Assembly (NCBI RefSeq): GCF_009914755.1
Contig: NC_060927.1
Reading direction: 5' to 3' (one strand)
DNA: 64,000 bases
Source of the DNA: the human T2T-CHM13v2.0 reference genome, Homo sapiens
The translations under genes were made by a program, and so were the position numbers. The first letter of the stretch is position 1. Each line of letters starts with the position of its first letter. Shown here piece after piece: positions 52,512 to 64,000 of this stretch. The notes below the pieces were generated by a model, which saw only the letters and a program-made list of their open reading frames with translations, had not been told where the DNA came from and did not search any database.

Positions 52512-52647
52512 CTTCGTCCGTTTTGCATATTGAAAGGCTGACCCACACTGTTTGGGTTCATGGTTTTCCTAAGCAGAGTAAGAGTTTTCGACTAAAAGAA
52601 GGGGCTTTCTCTCGGTTCCTGCTCTTGCTTTTCAACAACTGCTGGGG
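52512..52647 (-). other. Candidate 136-nt exon B
   Basis: Branch-point-like ctctaac about 23 nt before ccatttccatctgcag|; donor AAG|GTACCC. Confidence 0.42.
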
Positions 52648-53788
52648 CTGCAGATGGAAATGGTGATTAGTTAGAGGTTATGGACTTGACATTTTACCTT
52701 TCTGTTTTGTTTTGTTTTTTAAATGAACAGCATAAAAACACAATTCTCCTTCAAAGATGGGAGGGGCAGTTGGGTTCCAAAGTCCAGTCGATAATGAATA
52801 GATTTGCAGAGGAACTTATTATACTGCTTTGTACTTTATATGGGATCGGTATAGCACAATCAGAAAAGGAAATGTCAGGAAATCACAGGCTGAGATTTCT
52901 AAGGCAAAAGTACAATGATCAGAAACCAGTGTTTTCTCAACTTGATCTATGGTGCAAATTTCAGTCTTTGTCATTGCATATGACCCTCAATGTGAAGTGG
53001 CAGAAACATAGTAAGTGAATTTCTCAGTGCTGTTGTGTTGTTTCCCCAGTGGACTTCACAAACTCCGAGCTGTAAAGATGTTGCTTTATATTCTGAAAAA
53101 CTCTGTATTCTGAGGCATAGATTGGTTATAACGAATGGCAGATATGTGAAATAATTATAAATTTATAAAAGAATGCAATATTCTTCAAATGCATCTAAAA
53201 CTTCCATACTAATGCAGAATTAACTAGAAATAAAATTGGAAGATGATTAGAGTATGTTTGTTTTCAGCTAAATACTGCAATTAAGGATAAATAGGGCTTT
53301 TGCTCTTCTCTGATGCAGTTGAGTTTGTGTATTTGTGAGCTTCTATATATATACTGTAATCCACATACAAAGTTGAAATCATTGCCCCATAGTAGATGGC
53401 ATCTATGTTACAGTTTCCTGTTTGTTTTTCCTAACAGTGTGGTGGATTTTACTGAACCAGCCGAACTCTCTTGGCTGGTCTTTACGTGACCAGACCACAT
53501 GTCCACGAAATGACTGTATGGAATTCTTGGTGCATTTGATAGCTATGACATCGTTTTCTGCTTCTATGTTACCAGTGAAATGTGTGCCCTTGACCTTGTG
53601 AAGTCCCTTCTCCAGCCAACTGACCAGTCAAGAATGCATGTATAGAAAGAGAGAGCTCAAAATACACAAACAAAAATACACACATACATTTTACTTACTG
53701 TTGTTAGAGGTTTACAAATCGATATTATTTCTATTATTTTCATTAATTTCATTAAGGGTAAAAGGACTTTCACTGCCTCTGGTCTTAC

Positions 53789-53842
53789 CGATATCTTCTG
53801 AATCTAATTGCATCAAGTATTTACTTTAGAGGCAATTCGTGC
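53789..53842 (-). other. Candidate 54-nt exon A
   Basis: Donor TCG|GTAAGA at 53789/53788; weaker acceptor ttctcctgttgacaactttcaag|. Confidence 0.33.
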
Positions 53843-55079
53843 CTTGAAAGTTGTCAACAGGAGAAATTATTTTGCTATGGTTATGCTCATAACACTTTAC
53901 TGATAAACTAAAATGAATTTTCACAATTTTCACAGATTGATGAGGAAAAAGTTTCCGTATTCTTGATGATATATGTGTCTGAACTGTATGCCCACAACCT
54001 GAAAAATATAGAGGAGATATGGTGCTTGTTTTTTTTTCTTTATAAGCTGTGAGGAAAGCCAAACCAAGTAATTTAGTCAAAACAATCTACTTTATATCAC
54101 AAATTAATTTTATTGCCTGTTTACATTGGTAGATACCAGCCAAAACATTTTGAGATATCTTTTTCTTTCAGCTTCTTCTACATCTAGTAATAAAAAACAA
54201 ACAATTCTCCAGCTATGCAAAAAGCAAGTCTGCAGTCCCCCTTGATATAAAAAATAAGCACAGCTTTAGTCAGTCTTGTTTCCTCAGTCCCCATGGGTAA
54301 CACAGCCATCGTATCAGTCACCAAGACACTTAGAATCCAGAGTTGTCCTTGTTCTCTGTCTCTCTTATATACACAGACAGTCATCATCCTACTTTATTGG
54401 AAGATATTGGACCAGATATTTCTCAAACTAACACAAACTTCCCTTTGATCATCTCTCCCTCTCATCAAAATATAATTAAAAATAAAGCTTCCAAAAATAT
54501 TTCTGCTATGATATCAAATAAAAAAGCAGACTGCAAGAATGTGTATATAATTTTGTTAATGCATATGTGTGTATGAAAAAAACTAGAAAAAAATGCATCA
54601 AAATTTTAACAGCAGTTATCTCAGTGAGGCGGAATTGGTGCATTTTATTCTCTTCATACATTTGCACGGTTGCATTTTTTTTCAAAGAGCATCTATTATA
54701 TCAATAGTAAGAATAAGACATATCATAAAAGTTTATCTCCAGCCCCTGTTGCCATCTTTGTCTGTGATCCTGCTGCATATCATGTAGTATGTCTTCACCT
54801 CAAATTCCAAAGTCATTTGCTTGTCTAAGCACAACTGATTAAAGATGCCATTCCATTGTCAAATCCTCTTCATCCTTAGGTTTCTTGGTACTTCAAGAAA
54901 AACAGCATTATCCTTTTTCAGGGACTGACTCCTACCTCTTAACTCAGGTTTCTGAAAAAAGGGGAAAGAGAGAGAGAGAGTGTGTGTGTGCGTGTGTGTG
55001 TGTTGAGTGTGCATGTGTGCGTGTGTGTGTGATTTCTCCTTATTTTATAAATAGAGACTTTTTCAATCTCCTGCTGGTT

Positions 55080-56235
55080 CCTTATTATTTCCTAAACCTT
55101 TAAATATTGGAGTGTTCCATGGATCAACTATAAATTTCTTCTTTATCTATACTTAAGCCCTAAATGAGTTCAATCAAGTGTCAAGCCCTCAGAAACTTCC
55201 CGTATACAGAGCTCTCAAATTCTAATCCCTAACCTTGACTTTTCCTCTAACCTCCATACTTACATATCCAACTACCTACATAACATTTCCACTTAAATGT
55301 CTACAGGCATCTCACACAGGATATGTTCAAAATCAAAGTTCGGAATTCCACAAAATGTCCTCCTTCTATATTTTTCTCCATCTGTGTAAATGGGAACTTC
55401 ACTGTTGCACTTGCTCAGAAGAAAAACCTTGGAGTCCTCTGTGATCCTCTCTTTCTTTTGCACATCACAGGAAATCCTAAGGCCTCTACCTTCAAACTGT
55501 GCCTAGCTTTAATTATTTCTTGTCATTTCCACTGCTACCACTCTGGGCAAGTCACTACCAACTCTCACATTATTACACATTTTTCACAGTTGGTCTCTTA
55601 CTTCTGCCTCCCTTCTCCCACCCACACGTTCTATTCTCTACCCAACACTGGTGGTCATTTCAATATTGACGTTAAGTCCTACCTTCTGCTCAAAAGCCTC
55701 CAATGTCTTTCTGTATGACTGCAGACAGAAGCCAAGGCCTTACAGTGGCCCATGTGCCCTGGAATAATCTGGTTCCTCCCTGTACCCTTCTGCTACCATT
55801 CTTTTCCATTCCACTGCCACCACGCTGGCCTCCTGGGCTAGTGCTCAAATCCACCAAGCACTCTCAAACCTCAGAGGCTTTGACTTGCTCTGCCTGCTGC
55901 CTAAAGAATTCTTCCCCTGCATAGTCACTTGACTCAGTTCTTTACTTTTTTTCAGGTTTCTGCTGAATGTCAGAAAACTTCCCTGAAAACACCTTTCAAA
56001 TCACACCCCTTTGTACACTTCTTATTCCCAGACAATGCTTTCTTTTTCTCCATAGCATACCATATTATCCCCAGGACATTACATGCTAAGATTTTATTGT
56101 CTATCTCCCTTCTCCTCAGTTGTAAACTCTATGAAAGCAGGAATTTTTATTTACTTTCTGAAGTATTCATAGCACGTAGAATAGGGTCTCTTATGTAGTA
56201 GGCACTTAATGAGCAATTGTCAAACGAATGAACAA
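55080..56235 (+). mobile_element. L2a 3' portion
   Basis: catatccaactacctac...aaaaccttggagtcctctgtgatcc...tgctcaaaagcctccaatg...tgtaaactctatgaaagcagg...gtaggcacttaatgagcaattgtcaaacgaatgaac. Confidence 0.85.
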
Positions 56236-57003
56236 ATTATTCAATGTGGTAATTAAATGTTTTCCTTCATCAAAATCCATTAGTAGCATTAGATTCCAAG
56301 TATAAGATTTTCAACCTCAGAGTCAGAGCTCTGTGTCATAACACTCTGTTGCTTTTTCCAAAGAGCACCTTCAAGAAAGTTAAGGAAATTTAACAAGATG
56401 GTTTTCTTTCCCCTGCCTGCACAGGAGGGGGAAAAAAAATCACATCACTGATTCCAATCCATGTCAAAGCAAATAAAAATTCAATTTGTCTGAATTTGAT
56501 CTTATCCAAACGATGACTTCTATTTCAAAAAGGACATTTTCACAGATCTCCTATACAAATGACTATAAATGTTGACACATCCTATATTTTCTTTGCTCTC
56601 CCCTGGCAATGAGGAAAGGGATGGTAAAACCAAGTTGGAAGGGATGATTGGGGTCAGTATGGCTTTCTAAGTGTACAAGCCCCAGTAGCCTGTGCAGCAG
56701 TAGTAATCAGTTAATACAATCAATAATCGTACTATTCATTTACACTTTCAAAATCAGCATGGTACAATCTCATGGTCTGTTAAACAGTGACCTCTCTACC
56801 ATTTATACATTTTTTCAATTAATTAAAATATAATAGAATAATCTTATTGTACAAATTGGATTTAAATAATAATGTCCAATATTTCTAGAATGTTTTATAG
56901 TGTCAAGAGGTAGTGTGATGTGAAAAGGATGCAGCATCTGAGACAAACACAAGCATTAAGACAAGATAAACTTGGTTTGAATCTCACCTTTTCTACTTCA
57001 TGT

Positions 57004-57483
57004 TGTTAGATATGAGTTCTAAATTTCTTTTCAAAGAATTAATATCAGTATGTTCAATTCTTTGCCTTCTACTTTTAAACTTAACTTCCTCATAAAGCAA
57101 CCTTTTTCGATTACCTACTACACCCTGACTCAGTCCGATCACCTGCTCATTCTCCACCCTGACTCATTCTGATTACCTGCTACCTGCTCTGCTCCGACTC
57201 CAGCCAAAGCACCCACCCTGTCATTCTCTTTAAATTAGCCAATTGGAATTAGTTTATCCTGTGCAGTCTAACCCCACCCAATAGGGGAACAACACAGCAG
57301 CAGGGGCCACGTGTGTCAGGGATGAGGACCCCTTCCCCTCCCTTGTCCAAGTGTGCGCTCACCATTGATCCATCTGTAAGGGCGCATCCTTCTATAGAAG
57401 TAACTTGTCTTGCTAAGAATTAAAAAGAAAATTTTACATTCTAGTGCTATTCCTTTTGCAGCACCGAAACTTTATATATAAAA
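57004..57483 (+). mobile_element. LTR10-family (LTR10A/F-like) ERV1 solo LTR inserted into a MIR
   Basis: Starts tgttagatatgagttctaaatttcttttcaaagaa; internal repeats of (gattacctgc..caccctgactca); CCAAT boxes; attaaa signal; ends gcaccgaaactttatatataaaa; MIR halves at about 56910-57000 and 57484-57660. Confidence 0.82.
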
Positions 57484-58054
57484 ATAGCTACATGATGTTG
57501 GGCAAGTTTCTTAAACCTTACTGAGCCTCAGTTTCTTCAGTGGTAATTGATGACAGTAATAACTACCTGGTTGGGTTGAAGTTTAAATGTCATAATATAT
57601 ACCACTTTCCCATTAGAGTAACTGGATCAGAGGAGAAGCTCAAAAAGTAATAGTTATCTCATTACTATTGTTATTTAATCTTCACAGCATACCTCAGCAG
57701 TAGATATTATACCTTCCATTGAACAGATAAGAAAACTCAAAAGTAGGAAAGTTAATCAAATTGCTCAAGGTCAAAGAGCTACTATGCTATCAAAATTTAC
57801 TCTCTATTCAGCTGTAAAGACTCCTGATAAATAGAATGTTAGATTAACTGTCTTTAATGTATTTGATGACTGAAGGCTACTGGTGGTTAGGAGAATTTTT
57901 TTAAAGGAAGAATCTAAAGAATAGAATTTTCTTTCATATTTGAACAATACAGATGTCTCATGTACTCCTTCCCTAAACAAAAGTACACTCAAACTCCCAG
58001 GAAACAATCTGAATTAATGCAAATTTACAAATTAAGAAAGCCCTTTCTAGACAC

Positions 58055-58260
58055 GCTGTATAATGGAGTATTAGAAAACCAGTTTCACAGCCCTGAATAT
58101 CTTGGTTTGAATCCCAGTTCTGCGTCTTGCCTGAGTCTCCCTTTCCTCAGAAGGAATGTAGGTAGTAATGGTATATTATTCATGGGGTCACAAGGATTAA
58201 ATGAAATAACCTGTGCCCAGGTGTTAGCACCATGCTTGGCACAAATTAGTGCATACTGCC
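58055..58260 (+). mobile_element. MIR SINE
   Basis: cttggtttgaatcccagttctgc...aggattaaatgaaataac...gttagcaccatgcttggcaca. Confidence 0.7.
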
Positions 58261-59149
58261 TATGACCTATTTGTATTAAACTATTATCATCTAAGATGAA
58301 ACTATAAACTTTAATTGTATGTATTATAATACTGCAAGATTTGGTTTAAAGGTCCCCTTTAGTTTTTACTTCTTGGCATGTCATGTCTCCAAATTCATTC
58401 AATAGATGTCATTTAAGAGTCATTTGACCAGAACCAGAAACCAATTTTCCTGAAATGTATGACATTTGCTCACTGCTTATTAGGCCCAAAATGAAAGAAG
58501 CAATTCTGGAAAAATCAAAGAAAATGTCTGCCTCTCTGAGATACCAAACCTAATTTTATAATTCACATACCTGGGACAGAACTTCAACCCAGTACCTTGT
58601 CAGACTTCAGCTTCAACATGTCCAGTGTCTTCACTCTGTCTGTGGCTGCGCTGACTGAAACCCTGAGAAACTGACCAGGTGAATGCATGATCATACAAAT
58701 GACTTCAGTGCACAACGTGCATGAAATTGGGAATTAACCTCATCAGTTACTCTAGATTTAGCATTAATTTTTGAATCCAAAGGGTGTTTCATTTAATTGC
58801 TCAATAAAAATGTCACTACCTCCAATTAAACTATTGGGAAACTCTCAAATCCTGATCTACTACATAGGTTAAACTTTCCTTTTCTTTGGTCAATTCTGAG
58901 CTTCATTCTGTACCAAATAACTTCTCAAATTTCCGATTCCTGAAGCTTGGTAACTAATGGTTGAATTTTGGGGGATGTGTTCTTTAATATTTTGTAATTT
59001 CTCATATCTTCCTCTGTAAGTGCAACTGGTCCCGACACTAGTATATCTCTCCAAAAGTGTGTATGTGTCACTGTCATAAAAATGTCACAGATTTTTAAGA
59101 TTGGATTTTTTTCTTAATCTTCACAATATGTTTCTCCTTTTTGTTGCAA

Positions 59150-59360
59150 GAATACTCTGTGCATAATTCTACCACGGTCCTTAATACATTATGCTGTGAT
59201 ATTTGGTTCACTTATCTGCCTCCTTCCACCCCTCCTTAAACTGTAAGTCTCTGAAAGGTTAAGGACTAGGTCATCGTCATCACAGTACTTTCAATGCCTA
59301 GCACAGTTCATGGCAGTAGTTAATGCTCAATAAGTGTTTCTTGAAAGAACAAATCAATCA
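59150..59360 (+). mobile_element. L2 3' end
   Basis: ttaaactgtaagtctctgaaagg...atgcctagcacagttcatggcagtagttaatgctcaataagtgtttcttgaaagaac. Confidence 0.7.
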
Positions 59361-62218
59361 TATCTATAGTATATTTCTTAGTGTCCAGTTTGACCTAAAA
59401 AGGGTAAATGCCCACATGGTCAAAAAAATCATACACCTCAGAAATACAGTGCTGCAGGGAATTATTTTATAATAATTAAGCCCTGGATCTGCCATGGGCT
59501 CACTAAACTCTCATTCACCTGTCCTCTCACCTCTTCTCTTTATATTCCCAGGCCCACATCAGATGCTCTTTCAGAATGTTTCTCTCTCCCTTCCTCTCTG
59601 CTGTCTGCCCACAGCCACTACCCTATTTTTCTAAAGCACATGGTGGGACCTTCCATTCAAAGCTGACTTTGAGTTTGACAGTTCAGACAGCAAATGCCTA
59701 AACCCCCTCCTCATCAAAGCCCGGGTGACAGATGATCCTGGGTGAGAATTTCAGCTCTGGAGAGGGGAGGAAATGAATAAGCAGTCAAATGTCAAGTCTG
59801 CTGACTTCTTAGGAAAGAAAGAGAAGATACTTATAATACTGGACAGGAGGGCTTTGGCTTACATTTGCCAGCATTATACTAAATAGGGAAAATGTCAGCT
59901 GAATCCCACATGTAGATTCCTTGTCATCTTGGTGTTTTCCTGAGTGTAAAATTAAAACTCCAAAAGATTCTGGACATCAGAGCTCATTTTCAGTTTTCAA
60001 CAAATCTATCTGATGAGAAAAAAAATAGGCAAGTAGTAAAATATGCAACTAAAATTTTAAAGTCTAATTTTTAGCCAGATAATTAGGTTGCAAACTCATT
60101 GAAAGCAGCAACGATGTTTTTTATAAATCTCAGGTGACTAGAACTATATTAAATATATACAATAGGTTTTTTAAAAACAACCTCTTGATTAATATATGCC
60201 CTCCTCCTTACCCTGTCCCCTGAGGTAAAGCCATATTAGGGAAATCAAGTAAATGCCTTATCTTTATTTACCAGACTGCTTGACTGGGGATTTAGGGTTC
60301 CAGAAACCACACAAGTTTTAATTCCACAGAATCCCCTTTGCACACCATGGTGTAGAGAGGGCTCTTATAGAAGGGGAAGGAAAGAGCAGCTTGTGAGTTC
60401 TGATGCTGCCCGTTTGTTTGTAGAATCCTATCACTCACAGGCATTTCTATGATTGGAAATCATTTACAAAATTAGTCCACATAGGATTCTTACTAAAGAG
60501 GATTCAATTTGGGAATTTCTCGAAATAAAGCCCTTACTACACTATGTGTGTCTGGGAATGTCACTGACATAGTTCAGGACTTCATAAATAATGAGTTTGG
60601 TTTTGTAAGACGTTTGAAGTCTTTTCCTCATTGGATTTTTCACTGGAAAGCTGGTAAAGGTCAAGCACCTGACTCCATAACTCATCCACAAAGGTAAAAT
60701 ATCTCTCAAAGTAAAACTCTGAGAAAGTTAAAAATAGCCAGCAATTCAAATGCAAATCTAGAATCTTTCTTGCTTTGCATCAGATGCAGAGAATCATTCC
60801 GGACATGCTGCATAAGGCACTTTATGAGAAGGATAGAGAAGCAGTTGGTAAATCTTGCTCGTGAGATAATTCTTGAATGTCTTGAGTTTGGTTTTGCATA
60901 AACATCTGAAAATTTTAGACTATATGAAGAATGTATAGTCCCATCAAATTGAACTAAAACTCCTACAGAGGGATTCTATTTCTGTAGAAATTCTGGAACT
61001 ATTGGTTGTCTCTGGATTGTTTGTTTGTTTCCTACTATATTTCAAATGAGGAAATTAGAAGGGGGAAAAGAAACCTGACATCCAGAAGAAAATAATACCT
61101 AATTTTAGAGGCCACATTTTCATCGCATTTTGACAGGATTGGTCCCATTTCTCCCTCTCTGTGAAGATGATCATTCACTGGTTTAACTTTGCTTCATGGT
61201 GGTTTTATCTGTGTGGTGCTTGGGAACAGCCATGTGAGGCTCTCTGTGTAGATAACTCAAGGTAACTGTTTGCTTTGAAAACATAAAAATAGAACAGCAC
61301 AGGACTCATTTCTCTGTTGGAATGAATCAAAAGAAAAGTTGACAGAGAAATAAAGTTTATGTACAAAGGAGAAGGAAGGTTTAGATAACATATACCCAAA
61401 TATGAGAAAATTTTTGTAGATATAGAAAATATAACAATAGAACTGGTACAAAGAAAACTGGCTAGAGAATGTCTATAACAATCTGCTTCTCAGTCTTCTA
61501 GGTCTATTTCCCCATTGACACGTGGATTTAGTGTTTGCTGAACTGAAAGTGAAAAAAACTGGTATAAAGAAAACAAATGTGCTCTGATTTACATGCCTAA
61601 ATGAAGAAAGCTATCTTTTTTCATATAAGCATATAAAGTTGTAATTTTGATTTCAGGCACATGATGGTGTTTAAGTACATTTATTGCAGCTTGTATTCTA
61701 GTGAGAAGTAATAAGAAAATTAATAAACAAGATAAAAAGGAAGCTACTTACTTCACCACAACCTATGAACGTCCTAAGGTGTCTACACGTTTTAAAAATT
61801 CATTCTCCATCCTACTACCCTTTAAATTATAGCCTGTTACAGGGAGTAAGTGGGGACTGTGCCCTGACAGAGTGTCAATGTGTCTGGAGAGCAAGAGTCA
61901 GCAGCATGTATTTGGAAATAAGGCTAAAAGGTAGAAAAGAGCCATGCTAAGTAAGACCTTACAGGTCACACGAATGAGTTTGCTCATCATTCTAAGAGGA
62001 ATGGAAAGCCATCCAAGGTATTAAGCAGGGGGCTGACAAGGTAATTGCACTTTCCAAAGGTATCTATGACTGCAGTGTTGTGATCAAAATGGAGAAGAAC
62101 AAGAGTGGATGCCAAGAAGCCAGATGAAAGTCTACTGTAGTAATCCAAATGATGCTAGCCTAGCCCAGGCAGCTGTGAGATGGCGGAAAGATGGCCAGAA
62201 GAATATGTGTCTGGAAAG

Positions 62219-62589
62219 TGCTATGTTTGAATACATTCCCAATGTTCACGTGACAGAAACTTAATCCCCAATGCAACAGTGTTAAAAGGTGGGACCTTTA
62301 GGTGAGCAGGTCATGAGTGCTCTGCCCTCCAGAATGGATTAATGCCATTTTCGCTGGAGTGGGTTAGTTATTGTGGAAGTGGGTCCCTAATAAATGGACG
62401 AGTTGGGCCCCCTTTTCCTCCTTCACTTCTCTCTTATGTGTGTGTGCTCTCTTGCTCTTCCGCTTTCCACCATTGGCCCCTTGACCTTGAACTTCCCAGC
62501 CTCCAGGTGTGTAAGAAATAAATCTCTGTTCTGTATAAATTACTCAGTCTCAGGTATTCTGTTATAGCAGCATAAAATGAACTAAGACA
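62219..62589 (+). mobile_element. MSTC/D-like MaLR solo LTR inserted in an L2
   Basis: tgctatgtttgaat...gaaacttaatccccaatgcaacagtg...ccttgaccttgaacttcccagcctccag...gaactaagaca; near-TSD gaaag/gaaaa. Confidence 0.88.
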
Positions 62590-63389
62590 GAAAATCACTT
62601 CATAGAGTTGTTCATGGACTATATTTGAGATGTGGATAGAGAAAGAGACGATGTCAAAGATAACGCTATATTTCTGGTTAAACAACTGGATAGATGGTGA
62701 GATTATGGAACACTGGAAAAGGACTACAGTTCCCTTTCATCATAAAACATTTTAAAATTATAGTGTATGCTCACTGCCTCTATTTCATATATGTGTGTGT
62801 ATGTGTATGTATGTATGTGTGTATGTGTACATGTATATTCTTGAAATCCTCTCTTTACTTGACTTGAATTATGTTTAACTATTTAACTTCCCAGGTTCTC
62901 TCCTACTTTATAGTTCTTTTTATCTTTTCTCCTTTCCTGGGTTCTTTATCTTCTCTTACACTTTAGAGCTTTTTTCAGTAATTGGAAATATCATCTATCC
63001 ACACTTAAAACCGAAGCCATCTCTCCAGCTGCAACCTTGCTCTTCCAACCCAAGTCCTGTGTTGTCTACTACCTATGTTGACATTTCCCTGTGGCTGTCA
63101 TCTTTAGACTTCAAAATTCACTTGGCAAAATTAAACTCTTATCAGACCTAATAAATCTATACTGTCTCATGTTTCTGTTCATTGTACCACAAATCTTCCA
63201 GCTATTAAAGCCAATAATTGTCTTTGAATCCTCTTCCAACGATAGATCTAATTGGCCTACTGATTCTTCTTTCAAAATATCTTTTGTTTCTGTCACTTTT
63301 CTCTTCACAGACAAATAAAGTCCCTTTATTGGAACACTTTGGTTATTAAGATAGTTTGCTAAATAACCTCCTCAACTCTACCCTCATAT

Positions 63390-63510
63390 TTTTCAAAGTG
63401 GTAGTTATTGAATCACCTGCACAAGAATTATCTGGGGAGCTTTGTAAAAACATCACTTCATGTGGCCCATATTTAATCAGAATCTTTTTGGGTAAGGCCT
63501 GGAAATTTAC
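63390..63510. mobile_element. MER5-like hAT fossil within L2 remnants
   Basis: cacctgcacaagaattatctggggagctttgtaaaaa...aatcagaatctttttgggtaaggcctggaaat. Confidence 0.55.
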
Positions 63511-64000
63511 CAAATACTATAGATAGATCTTGCAATCTCTTTCTGCCCTGGGTTTCTTCTGCCTAGATCATGCAAATGAATAGTTTCCAAGCATGACCTT
63601 GATCATGGAACTTCCCTCATCACAGCCATTGGCTCTCACTTAACCAAGCAAATCAAGTCTTCTAGGACTGGATGTCAAGACCCTCCAATTTTTGATGGCC
63701 AGGTGAATTTCTAGCCTAATCCTTACCTCCCTTCTCTCATCCTGTTACAACTAAACTATACTACTTGCCATATCTCAAGCATGCCTATCATGTCTTTATA
63801 TCTCTGTCCCTGAGCCCCATGCATTTCAAACCTCCAGAAAAGGTCTCTTTCCCCTCTCATTTCCACCTCCCAAAATCTACCAATTCTCAATGGTTCCTCT
63901 TAAATAGAGCCTCCCCTTAATCCTTTCACATTTTTCCTCTTCCTTTTCTATTCCTTTCACTCCAAGCTAGAAGGAGCCTCTCCAATCTTTGAACTCCTTC

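Noticed and set aside
53011-53049. Plus-strand gtaagt...ccccag pair
   Set aside because: A 39-nt intron is below the practical minimum for the human spliceosome
51300-54300. Naming the host gene of the candidate exon cluster
   Set aside because: No coding exon of a known protein is recognisable in the window; any symbol would be a guess

Overview
Primate (human-like) genomic DNA, AT-rich and repeat-dense, probably intronic or intergenic. I find no intact protein-coding gene, RNA gene, CRISPR array or prokaryotic system; nearly all ORFs in the track come from Alu, MaLR or L1 sequence or are chance ORFs. Well-supported content: a full-length processed PPIA (cyclophilin A) pseudogene with target-site duplication (8312-9098, -); a complete MaLR provirus (LTR-internal-LTR, 10758-13161); several MaLR solo LTRs; an LTR10-family ERV1 solo LTR with AP-1 repeats; about 10 Alus; a 5'-inverted L1; DNA-transposon fossils; and many MIR/L2 fragments. 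The most interesting segment is a repeat-free, CpG-enriched island at about 51.3-54.3 kb. It holds a cluster of minus-strand exon-like units, and a perfect 13-bp inverted repeat there would base-pair over one 5' splice site. I cannot identify the host gene. Repeat subfamily names are from memory of consensus sequences, not from a search, and boundaries of old repeats are approximate.
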